From: Mobula hypostoma
Lineage: Eukaryota
Length of the DNA: 64,000 nucleotides
Reading direction: 5' to 3'
Assembly (NCBI RefSeq): GCF_963921235.1
Contig: NC_086113.1
Coordinates: forward strand, 10,664,001 to 10,728,000
The notes under the pieces are model-generated. The model saw only the letters and a program-made list of their open reading frames with translations, was not told the DNA's origin and did not search any database. Both the position numbers and the translations under genes were made by a program. Positions 51,570-62,950 of the stretch are shown piece after piece (the first letter of the stretch is position 1; each line of letters opens with the position of its first letter).

Positions 51570-53638
51570 ATGAACAGTCGCTGTAAGCAAAATATGCCTT
51601 CTTTTAAACTCGTTTCCTTCCCTTCATTTCCTTTCAAATGGTCAGTATTCCCCCCCCCCCCCATTTTAAATAACTTGAATGTGTTGAGGAGCACCTATAA
51701 TTTGCAAAGATGATTTGGGCTTTCCCTCATATTTCACAACTTGCTAATTCAGCAATACATGGGTCTACGTGAAAATTACTTTGAAGATATTGACCAGTTG
51801 CTACTATTACCTCTTTTACTTTTGTATTAAGTTAGGGTGCATTGCCATTAATAATTTGATAGAGTAAAGTATTATACGCTACAGGTAGCCACCCTGAAGC
51901 ATTTTATCTCTCAGGACTATTTACACTTAATAAATATTCTTTGTTTTCTTTTTGACATAAATTCATTAATGAAATCGAAGTGCCTGGTCAGTCTCGTTCT
52001 TTACTTCTTCTTAATAGTATTTAAGTGCAAAATAAAAACAATCCAGTACCTTTATTGTAAGGCTCAAAAGAAGGAATAAAAATGTGGTTGAAAACTTATC
52101 AAAACTGTGATACAGAGCCAGGGACTAGGGAAATCTAATAACGTAGCGTTTATTAAATCACAGAAAACATTGGCACTCTCATGAGCAGTACAAAGGCAAA
52201 CAGGCGGGCACATATGGAAATCAACAATATTTCACGGGAAAAAAAAATCTTCTTAAGTTCACCCCATGGAAACATCAGCCACCACTGAAAATCTAGGAAA
52301 GAAGGGAAAAAGTTTAAGTGTTCATGGCCATGTGCACTTGTTATCAAACAACGCTCTTTATTTATTGATGTCAGTAGCTAATCTTTAGTGCCGATTCCAC
52401 TATCCCTTATCTCGCTTGCTGCCACTCATCATCAGCAATATAGATTCCCATATGTTTTACCACGCCATGCGCGATTAACCTGATCTTTTTTTTTAAAAAA
52501 AAGATCTTAAGAATTCATAATATTGCCACGTAGTTAACTACTTTCAATTTACATGCCACCTGAGGTAAATATCGAAGTGCAATTTTATTCATTTTTAAAA
52601 CGAGCTTTGAGAGAGTGTAGTACGTAAAATCTATTCAACTTTCTTATAAAATTATTTTTTGATATAAGTCTAAAGTAATTATGATCTGATTTTTGTCCAC
52701 ATTTTATAAAAGGCGACACATATTCCAGTTCGTTTTCACGTTTGTATTTCTGTCAATAAAATCACTGTGGGATTGCTTCCTCGTGGTGCACTGGGATTTA
52801 TAGGCAGCCATTCCTTTTTTTTTGTTTTAACTTTCCTATAACAATTCCTTACTCCCACCCCCCAGCTTCACGCCGGCCCTCAAAGAATTTGTGGTAATTC
52901 TTGTTTCGATGCAGCAGAAACTTGAGTACGAGCGGCGATGCACAGCGCTCGTGTTCGCGTCCCGAGCACGTTGGGCTTTTCCATAAGCGGTGACGGGAAC
53001 CGCTCTGGAGGTAATACTTCCCAATCTCATAAATCAACCCTCCTTTATGAATGAGTATGTCATGAAATGGATCAATCGCAGTAGCACATAACAAAAAAAA
53101 AGTTAGCTTACGTATTTGGCCAGTCGGGGATCCCCTGTCAGTTTGTAAGTTGTAGGCGTTCAGTCGTAATTCATTTTTACAGAGCGCGGCAGTTTCTTAC
53201 AGCTGCCCTGACACACAGTTCGAATTTGAACAAACTACTTAAGGATTTACAGCGACGCTACTGTTACTCTGGAGTTCCAATTATTTAATCATTAAGCAGG
53301 GAAATGGCGGAAATGGATTTTTATTGCTTACTATTACTGGCACTGTGTCCAAGTGTTTTTTTAATATGTTACATGATCAGACTACTGTATCCTGTCCACT
53401 GGGAAGACAATACTCTTCCCTATTAAAAGCAAACCGCACGGGAAACCGTGACACATTGTCAATAACACGTCTCTATGAAGCAAATCTTTACACGACATAA
53501 TGGGCAGGCTACCAGAAAATTAGCTGTTTTCTGTGAAAGTATAACTAGAGAAGTTTGCTCATTTATTCTGAATTATAGGCTCTCCTTCCATGTCCAAATT
53601 CCAATGAAATCCAAATATCGGCCTTGTTTTCTGGGATG

Positions 53639-53641
<3 letters not shown>

Positions 53642-53693
<52 letters not shown>
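53642..53693 (+). repeat. (GT)26 microsatellite
   Basis: Read directly from the sequence. Confidence 0.97.
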
Positions 53694-53695
<2 letters not shown>

Positions 53696-55645
53696 GGTGG
53701 GGTGGGAGACTTATTCACCGGGTCCTTGGGAAATCTGCATCACTATTTTCCTTTCACGGTCGGGTAGAATTGCTTTTCTTTGCAGAATTCAATACGTTCA
53801 TAAGGCGTTACAACATTATTTCCCCCTTTAAATCCATCTTTCTTGAGGAGGCAGCGTCCTCTGCACTGATTGTTCAACCCCAGAGAATAAAAATGGCGGA
53901 GCTGTTTGTTACAGTAAAGCTTTCCATTTGTTTGAACTTGCTAGCACATGGAAGGCGGAAAAATGTACTAATTGCAGCTTCTGATTGCCGCATATTACGT
54001 GAGGGGAAAGGGTGTATTTTTTAAAGGAATACAGGACGGGAGAGATTATATTTTAAGATGAATCAACAAAGCGTACTATTGAAACCAGTTAAAAAGAAAT
54101 TTTGATAACCTTTGAAACAAAGTATCTCGCATTTTCCTCGATACTTTATAATTCGATATCGATATTAAGCAGTGTTTGAACCATATTTAAATTTAAAGTG
54201 GAGCTTTGCTGAAGCTAATCGATAGACTGCAGAATTATTTTTGTTTTACAAACATTGAGTATAATAATTCCTTAGTTTGGGGCAAATGTTATCCGGCAAT
54301 TTTCATCATATTCTTCATTTAATAACGTATATTTATTATACTCAAACACACAGGCCGTAAATAGCAACGACCACCTCACTGCCATATCTAAGTAAATATA
54401 ATACTGCGTTTGATTGATTTGAAAAGATTGAATGTTTCCTAAAGTCTAAAGGAACATATACTTTCATTGTTGGCAATCTCCATGCTGATGCTCTGGAGCA
54501 AGTACCGAAATGGTCCCAGTTTTCCTCGTCCTGTCGTTATTCCCCAGTTCTACAGTGGGATTAGAATCCGCCGCTTGACATAATTAATTATTCCGAGTAA
54601 ATTATTGTCTGTAAACCTGATCCACGTCGGTCTGTAATGCGCAAAAGATTGATCTGAAATTCTGACCGACCCTCTCCGCTTCGAGAGGCCTCTACAGGAA
54701 GCTGACAGATGGCCGGCAGCGCCTTCGAATCGACCGCGTTTGCCTGCATTATGCTACGGCCAAGTGGAGTTATTATTCATAACTGTGTGTTAAAAAAAAA
54801 TGTACACTCTGATTCCCGCAACAAACAGAATAAATAGGCAGGCCGCCAATACAAGGAAGATCCTCTGGCTGCTTGTAATCCTTTCGTGAAGGGAGGGGGT
54901 GGGGGGCTGCTCCCAGCAGCCTGTGTTCGATGGAAGGGGTTGCTCATTTCCATGCCAATAGCTGGAACGCAGAGGATAGACGCAGGCCAGGCCTTGATAG
55001 GCTGCGGTGACATTCGTGCACAGTGAAGACATGGCGCCTCCTTTTACAATCGGACGCCACACCACACACAGCTTAATTATAAATATCTACATCATACACC
55101 CTTCAGTCCAATTAATCATTTTGCCCGCTGCTTTGAGGTCGTCCCTTATGCCTCACGGATTAGCACTGAGGGCAGTATCAGTCACTGTCGATCCTGTGCA
55201 GATCGAACAGCATCAGTTACCTGTATTAAAGTGCAAGAACCAGAGTAACACATAATAGGTTTCGCACAGACTTTCCCGACCTAAGACTGCAGAGCTGGGC
55301 TCCAATATAAAAATTAAAACATTGTTCTCCCACCCTGCTATATCTGAGGCACTGGCCAGAAAATAATTAATCCCATAGGTCAACAAAAACACGACCCTCC
55401 CCTCGAGAGTTTCTTAGATGCTAAGTTTTAATATTATCAGCGAGTTGCTTTCCTTACCTGTTTGCGAGGCTGCTGTGCGGAAGAAGGCGGACATCTCCCC
55501 ATTGTAGACGTGCGATCGGCGCTTACACTAATACCGTAGCAGACCCGAGCAAAGCAGTACGTGCATCTTGAATAAATTCCTGCTGCATTCTGCCGGGCAT
55601 GCTTTGAAGTATAATGCATTCGTGGGCTAATAATGTTCGCAACCT

Positions 55646-55751
55646 TGATGGAAGAGCGTTTGTAATTTAAATGCCACTACAGTGATCGATCACCGCCAAG
55701 AGCATGCAAACTTCGCAGCGAGCATCGCAATTGGCCAACCGGAGTCACGTG
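55646..55751 (+). promoter_or_regulatory. HoxA1 proximal promoter: ARE-like block plus CCAAT/E-box
   Basis: TGATGGAAG-TTTGT-ATTTAAAT-TGATCGAT (55646-55690), ATTGG (55730) and GTCACGTG (55744). Confidence 0.65.
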
Positions 55752-55871
55752 GCCACACTTCACTGTATATTGATATAATTTTCTTTCAGCTCTATTGAGG
55801 AAGTGGGGAAGTTGGCACGGTCCATCCAGGTTGGTGGACAGTCACTTTATATGCTGGTTATCCCATGACAG

Positions 55872-56496
55872 ATGGACAATGCAAGGATGAACTCCTTTCT
55901 AGACTATTCCATCATTAGCGGAGACACTGGGACTTGTTCTTCTAGAAGTTACCATGCAGAGCAAGGAATTACAACTTATCAGTCTTGTGCCGTTGGCAAT
56001 AATAATAGCAACGTTGATGAGCGCTATATCGTGAGCAGAGGTGTCCAGATAAGTGCTCCTCTTCATCATCACCACCATCAACATGCCAGCTACACACATA
56101 ACAACCTGGGCATTCCTTATAGTGCCCACCCTAACTGTGGGACAGGATACCCAGCACAAAGCTTTAACACAGGCTATAGCCATCACTATTCACTGAACCA
56201 AGAGACTGATGGCAACGGAGGTTATCCTCAGTGCAATCCTGCCGTCTATCCCGGAAACCTCGCCTCAGCAATTAGCCCGCAGCACCATGGCTTTGGCGGG
56301 ATGGTGGGAGCAGGCCAATATGCCCATCACCCTTACAGGCAGGAGCATCAGAGTTTGGTGCTCGCTACAGGCTGTCACCCTATGTCACCCGTTCCTGGCA
56401 CTCACCAGGAGGCTTGCTGCTCCCCGTCAGCCGAAACCTCTCCGCCAGCACAGACCTTTGAGTGGATGAAAGTGAAGAGGAATCCGCCAAAGACAG
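55872..56496 (+). CDS. hoxa1: Hox-A1 exon 1 (join 55872..56496,56903..57255; 325 aa)
   Basis: Starts [12 protein letters not shown], has a His tract and [14 protein letters not shown], donor G|GTGAGT. Confidence 0.97.
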
Positions 56497-56902
56497 GTGA
56501 GTTGAATTTATCTTGCCATATACCGTTTGTTTTACGGATAAAGGTAACATGAAGCCAACTTCTCGCTAAGTGGGCTGGAAAAGTGGCTGCCAAATCTGTC
56601 AGCTCTGGTGGAAAACAATGAATCTTGCCCTGTTGCATATTGGTAAAGATGACCCGGTGAGCCCACCTCTTGCCTTGATTATTTCTCCTGTGATCTATTA
56701 TGTCTTCTGTACCTCAACCGAAGTGGATTTTAAACATCAACTAGTTGACGATATGCAGCAGTAGTAAGTAAAATTGTCTTAAGTACCTACGTGGAACTGC
56801 TGGTTTATCAGTGCATCAACTCTTGACCAGAAATTAGAAGCAATTATAACTTTCTTCTCTCTGACTTAATTATTTGTTCTGTGATTTTTTTTACTGGTTT
56901 AG

Positions 56903-57255
56903 GGAAGGCTGGTGAGTACGGCTTTGCCGGTCAGCCCAACACGGTGAGAACCAATTTCACCACCAAACAACTCACCGAGCTGGAGAAGGAGTTCCACTTC
57001 AACAAGTACTTGACCCGGGCCAGGCGGGTGGAAATCGCTGCTGCCCTCCAGCTTAACGAAACGCAGGTAAAAATTTGGTTCCAGAACCGACGCATGAAGC
57101 AGAAAAAGCGCGAAAAAGAGGGTCTTACCTCAGCTTCTCCGGCCACACCTGGAAGTGAAGCAAACACAGAAGACGCTTCAGACAAATCAAGCTCTACCTC
57201 GTCGACCCCCTCCCCTTCATCATCTACCTCAGAAACTCTCAATACTTCAGGCTAA
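56903..57255 (+). CDS. hoxa1: Hox-A1 exon 2 (homeodomain)
   Basis: Acceptor TTTAG ends at 56902. Contains [46 protein letters not shown]. Confidence 0.97.
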
Positions 57256-58130
57256 AGCATTCCAAACACCAAACCAAATGTTTTACCAGTTGTCTTTAGT
57301 TAAAAAGAAAACAAGATGTAACTCCATATGATTTTTCTGGGAAACTAACTAAACGAAACATTATGGGTTGGGGAAAATAATCTGCCAATCTCTAAGCAAA
57401 CCAGAGATGCACTATTTGAAAAGCGTTTACACAGAAAAAACAACTACTGTATAATATAATTGTCCTATTTTAATTTAACGTGTTGCATATATATTGTAAG
57501 CTGCGCTGGCTGTATATATTGTCAAGAGTTTTATCTTTTTACAAATATTTTCTAAAAAAAAATCATGTTGAGAGCCAGGGTCACGTGGCCCTTATATGAA
57601 GTAGATGTAGAGATTTTATATGAAAATGTAATCGATGAATTGGAGAGGAAATTATGCATTTCTTGTTCATGCAGAATGTCGAGCTGAGTGAATAGAGGTG
57701 CTCTGCCCACACTGTGGAAGGTTATGTGTACAGGAATTATTGTATACTTCATTGCACTGGGCTATGTAAAATGTGAAAGGTGAAAGATGTTAAGTATATG
57801 TCCCTCCCCCTTCCAAATGTAAGTTGGTTACCTCAGCACATTGTTAAAATACCTCAGAATGATCACGTTTACTCAGATATTTGTTGGGCTTAATGTCATG
57901 AGCTACCTGTTAAAGTAAGTTAATTAAGAATCTAAGCCAAACGAACGTTTCTTTCTTTCCCCCTGTGGTTTGTGTCTAGAATTTTGCATGATACAATGCT
58001 GTCAGTGTGTACTTCTTCTACATTACTGAGTTTTATCAGTTCTTCTCTGTGACTAGATGTTATATACAATCAGCACGTGATTTGAGACAGTTCTGAGATT
58101 TTTTTTGAGACTGAAATCCAGAACAGAATT

Positions 58131-58149
58131 TACGGGTCCAGATAATAAA
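58131..58149 (+). promoter_or_regulatory. miR-99/100 7mer-m8 site followed by a poly(A) signal in the HoxA1 3' UTR
   Basis: TACGGGT at 58131 and AATAAA at 58144. Confidence 0.55.
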
Positions 58150-58474
58150 TTCTATTAAAATGCTGCGTTTCTTCGTTATAATCTGGTATTTTCCTTGTCG
58201 TTTCCTGAACTTGCTTACTTAGTAATACTATTTCTAAAATTTCTTTTTCCTTTTCTCCAATTTTTTTACATTACATGCATTTTATTTATTTTAGATTCTT
58301 AATTGATAAGACATGAAGAGAGAGGGGAAAAGTAACTGAGGTTAAAGCTTGCCGATTCAAGCAAACCGAATCAAAAGTCAAAAGGGACGTTTTCTGCTCG
58401 TAGGAAAAACAGCGGTTCTTTAAAGGACCCCTTTCAGATCAACATTAAATGCCACACATACCAGATCGACAGAG

Positions 58475-58488
58475 TGACCTTTTCACCT
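58475..58488 (-). promoter_or_regulatory. DR2 RARE 3' of HoxA1
   Basis: TGACCT tt TCACCT, i.e. AGGTGA aa AGGTCA on the minus strand. Confidence 0.65.
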
Positions 58489-59647
58489 TGAACAACTTAT
58501 TTACATATATGTAAACAACGCACTTTCCAAAAACACTGCCACCAACTAGCTTTAGATTATTGCACCAAGTTTCCTTTGCTGATTTCACATGCACGTAAAA
58601 ACAGTTTATTCAAAACGCACAGGATAAAAAACATAAGATTATCGAATTAACTTTTTAACCTAAATCATTTTTTTTCATATTGTTTTGACGGAACAAGCTG
58701 CTGACGCCGCGTGACTAGAATGTCACTGGCATTTGCTTCAGAATCAACACGATTAGATGCACTTTGGTGTCAATAGCAGAAGTCGATGGTGTTTTAGGGC
58801 ACGTCGGCCACATCAATGGAGAAAGCTGCCCGCATTTGGAAGATTGCAGTCAATGTAAAGAGAACTTCAAAGAAACGAACACTTGCTTTATATGTTACTC
58901 AAAGGCCCAATATCGTTTTGTTGACAAAAGTAAACAAACTTGTACGAAATTCACAAGGCGAAAGCCAACCTACCTCTTCGTTCCCTTTATTTAATGAGCC
59001 GGCTAAATGTTCGTTCAATACAAATATATTGCTTTTATTTATATTCTTGAACGCACCTGGATTCCAATATGAAAAAAGGAATAATTGAGACGATATCAGA
59101 AGAAGGGCAATAATGTAACACTCTTCATAACTTTAGGACACTTCTAAGCACGTTACGGCCACTGAAATTCTTTTGAAGTTTTATCAACGTAGGAAATACG
59201 ATGGTTCTAAATAAGATAGAAAGATAATTCATTAGGTAAATTTACATTTTATAGTTACTGTATTTGTATCTTTCCACAATATTATAAAAGTTCACGTATT
59301 ATGGTTACGTACTCTTACATAAACTTTACCAAAAGTCTGCACGGACATTATGCACGACTGTAATATCTGGCCATCTGTTGCTGTTGAATAGGTGCAAAAT
59401 TCAATCCTTAATTGATCCCGTTTGCTTTCTCACTCTTCAGATTTTAGCCCTCGCTACTCTAAACACTCGGCGTCATGATATGGAAAAGAAGTCGAGCCCT
59501 TTAACGACTTCTTGCCAATGAATATGCCTATCAATTTTGTGTACGCTCGAGAAAAATCGTCTGTAAGCGTGTTACAACCTACACAAACCCTATAAAATAA
59601 AACCCTCCAAAAAGTATAATGAAGTCATATGCTGACACATTTCTGCA

Positions 59648-59890
59648 TACACAAATGCTGGAGGGCCTTTAGCAAGTCAGACAGTAAACGTCGACTGCTT
59701 ATTCCTTTCCATAAATGCTACCTGACCTCATGAGTTCCTCCAGTATTTTGTGTGTGTTACCGTGGATTTCCACTGTCTGCAGAATCTAAACACAAGAAAT
59801 TCTGCAGATGCTGAAAATCCAAAGCAACACACACAAATGCTGGAGGAACTCAGCAGGTCAGGCAGCATCCATGGAAGTAGGCAAACAGCC
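59648..59890. mobile_element. Elasmobranch interspersed repeat fragments (Penelope-like terminal repeat or MITE-like) in inverted arrangement
   Basis: Three related copies of AAATGCTGGAGGAACTCAGCAGGTCAGGCAGCATC: a degenerate forward copy (59648-59685), a reverse copy (59686-59785) and a forward copy (59799-59890). Family assignment is from memory. Confidence 0.65.
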
Positions 59891-60468
59891 ACCCCTCTTG
59901 TGTTTATGACTTTTCTACATGTTCTAATTTACCGAAGGGCATAAGATACCTCGGTCAGATTTACAATTCTTTTAATTTGATGTAGAATTTATAACTGATG
60001 TGGAATATATATTCAACTAAGATATAAATTCGCCGTAACATTTTAAATCTGCTGAATCCACTAATATGTAAGATCAAGAGATGACCTTTTTCTAATTTAG
60101 GCTTTGTTTCCTTGTAGGGGTCAAGTTTTTGATGAACACCGAGGATATTGTGCCCTTTATTCGTGTACTTTGTGACTTTTTGTGTGTTGAATTGATCTGT
60201 CATGAACACAGTAGCATTCTTAGATGATGATTTGTTTGAAAACGGTCACGAGTTAGAGCACCTAATGATAAGGCAGAGATGGCCCAAACGTTCATTCCAT
60301 TGTAACATTCATCCTCCTGAATTTACCTTTTCCATGTAGAGACTCCGCATTTCCCTCCAGGGCAATCAGATTAAAGCTGATCAATATTTACTCGGTGTGA
60401 AAGGTTGCCTGAAAACCCTATAGCTAAGAAACTGTTCCACTCTGCGCGTTCAACCCTGTGTAATCTTC

Positions 60469-60485
60469 AGTTCACTGAAAGTTCA
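60469..60485 (+). promoter_or_regulatory. HoxA1 3' DR5 RARE
   Basis: AGTTCA ctgaa AGTTCA, matching the classic Hoxa1 3' RARE (GGTTCA ccgaa AGTTCA type) in sequence and position. Confidence 0.9.
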
Positions 60486-62631
60486 AGCCGAATTAATTCA
60501 GTGTTGGGTCATTTTCAAATTAGCCCTCTTGTTTGTAGCCCGAAGTAAGCCCAAACATCAAACTCCAGACAAATATCTTAGACCAGAGATATGGTGTAAG
60601 CAATCTACGCACAATCACACCAAAAAACCCTCGCAGAATCCAGAGAAAAATGCAGGGTATTAAGCAAATTGTTATCCTTGTTTGAGGTCAAAGTTCACCC
60701 CACCACCGAATAAATGAATATTTAATTATACTTTATTGCCCTATTCTAATGACAGGTCACGTTCTTAGTAATCTTCTCTATAAACATTGACGTCCTAATC
60801 GATACTAGGGTTTAGTTTTATGACAGAACTGAGACAGAAATTGTCAGCCGTTATTGCAAGACTAACTAGACTTCATTGTCTACAGCTATTGCTTTAATAT
60901 AACGATTTATTTCGTTGAAAGATGACAAGTTGCAATGGAATTCCGATTATTTAGTATTCATAAAACCCGTAACAACAATATACAATAAGATTTCCCAAAA
61001 CTGAATATCAACGCATGGTTACGTAAATTATTGGGAACATTTTCCTGTATTGTAGATTTGTGAACTTCCATGCCGGTTTAACTTCCAGCAGAATTTCAAA
61101 AATACTTCTGTTCTTTTTCGTGCTCTGAGGTCGTATAATGGGGATTCTGAGAGTGATATATTTTATGGAAGGGGTTCAACAGCACCTAGATTCTAGGTCC
61201 TAGAACTACAAATTGAACGGACTGAATGGACCTTCAACCCGAATATTTAACACAATCATTTGATCTATATGTTAAAACAAACCATTCAGCTTTTGGTGAT
61301 AGCGAATTCACTGCTCTGCTTATACAATCGTGTAGTGATAGCGAAAAATCTCTGCCACTATAGTAAGTGACCTCTAAAATAGTCAAATCAACCCTCGAGT
61401 TATTATTAGTCGTCAATGAATAGATTAAGTAGGGCAATCTGACAGCATGAAGAAAGGCTTCAACTGAAAGGCACGCATTGGACGACTTAGCACAGAAAGA
61501 TGATTCCTATAGCATTGCATAGCAAATCGCTACATTTTCTTTCGAGTATACTTTGACGTACCAATTACACAAGTAATGGCGGAAGTGACTCTTGCCTCAA
61601 CAGCAACACAGTATTGACGGCTGCACCGAACTCAGGGGCAAATGAAGTCATTGAAAGCGCATCTTTAATAAATTGACGAAATTCTATTTTAACGCACTTC
61701 GCGTTCGGAAACAATCAACAAGTTAAAGTTCATATATAAACTGTCAGAAAAGTGTGAATTTGATCCGGGGTTAAGCAATATTCTCTTGTTATTTTGCGAC
61801 CTGCTAAAGAGATCTTTATTTTTTGAAGGGGTGGTGGAGAGTTCGTTTGAACTATTTTCAATCTATACCTGTTCAGGTCATCATGCTTGTTTTCGTTTGC
61901 AGTTGATATTATCAATGAGCTTGGAGCATTTCCTGCATTTGTAAATCCACTTTATTAACAACGGATGAGCTTATCAACCTGTACAGTATTAATCTACGCT
62001 ATAAAACAGTAATTTGTTTCGAAATAATCAACTGGGTCTATATACCGGACAATCCCAGTTTTGACCTTTTGATAGTTTTGCCCATAAGGTTAAGCAAACG
62101 TACTCCAGGACGTAAGGGCCGATTCATCAATTTAAGAGGCCGCGCAGTAACTGGTCGCGCGTGATAGCAAATATTTTACATCTGGAAACAATAGGAGAGT
62201 TTAATAGTATGTACCAAATGACACTATGCTAATAAATAAAATTTAAAAATAAAGAAACTCAACAACCACGTTTGTATCTATGCCTGAAAATATACGCAAA
62301 TTATAAACCAAAAGTTGAAATACTTAATCAAACTTGGTAATTAAGCATTTCGTTTTTTATTAATAAAACCATGTTCAGAGTACACATAAATGTACTTAAT
62401 TTTACTGACGAGGTGCATAATTTATTCTATTCTACAATAATATTTGTGGATGTAGTCAAATGTCCGTTTGCATATTTACACACAGACCATCGATCGGACC
62501 TTCTCTTACACTGTAATATTAATATAAAATTTTGAAAGTCAATAGCATGGATCGATAGTTTAAACATAATTTTCCCAGTTAATAGCAGAAAGTGTGAAGA
62601 GATAAAATCGATATCGGTCATGGTGTACAGA

Positions 62632-62950
62632 TCATCAGAATCAGATTTAATATCACTGCAATATGTCGTGAAATATGTTGTTTTTCGGCAGCAGTACGTT
62701 ACAATACATAATAAAAACTATAAATTACAATAAGAAATATAATTATTAAAATTAAATAAGAAGTGCAAAAAGGCAAAGAAAAGAAAACTAGTGGGTTAGT
62801 CTACATGTATTCATTGTCTATTGAGAAATCTGATGGCGGTGTGGAAGAAGCTGTTCTTAAAACGTTGGGTATGTGTCTACAGATTTCTGTGCGCCCTCCT
62901 TGACTGTAGCAATAGATGTGGGCATGTCCTGTGTGACGGGGGTCCTTAAT
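62632..62950 (-). mobile_element. 5'-truncated Rex1/Babar-like LINE 3' end, degenerate
   Basis: Minus-strand translation IKDPRHTGHA/LLQSRRAHRNL*THTQRFKNSFFHTAIRFL matches the Rex-Babar ORF C-terminus, with a frameshift and a stop. A TTCTGA-type tail lies at about 62635. Confidence 0.75.

Noticed and set aside
53644-54024. Cys-Val repeat ORFs
   Set aside because: They are translations of the (GT)26 microsatellite. The same applies to ORF 33407-33589 over (TCTA)n.
59660-59700. Functional hammerhead ribozyme
   Set aside because: The catalytic CTGATGA strand is missing.
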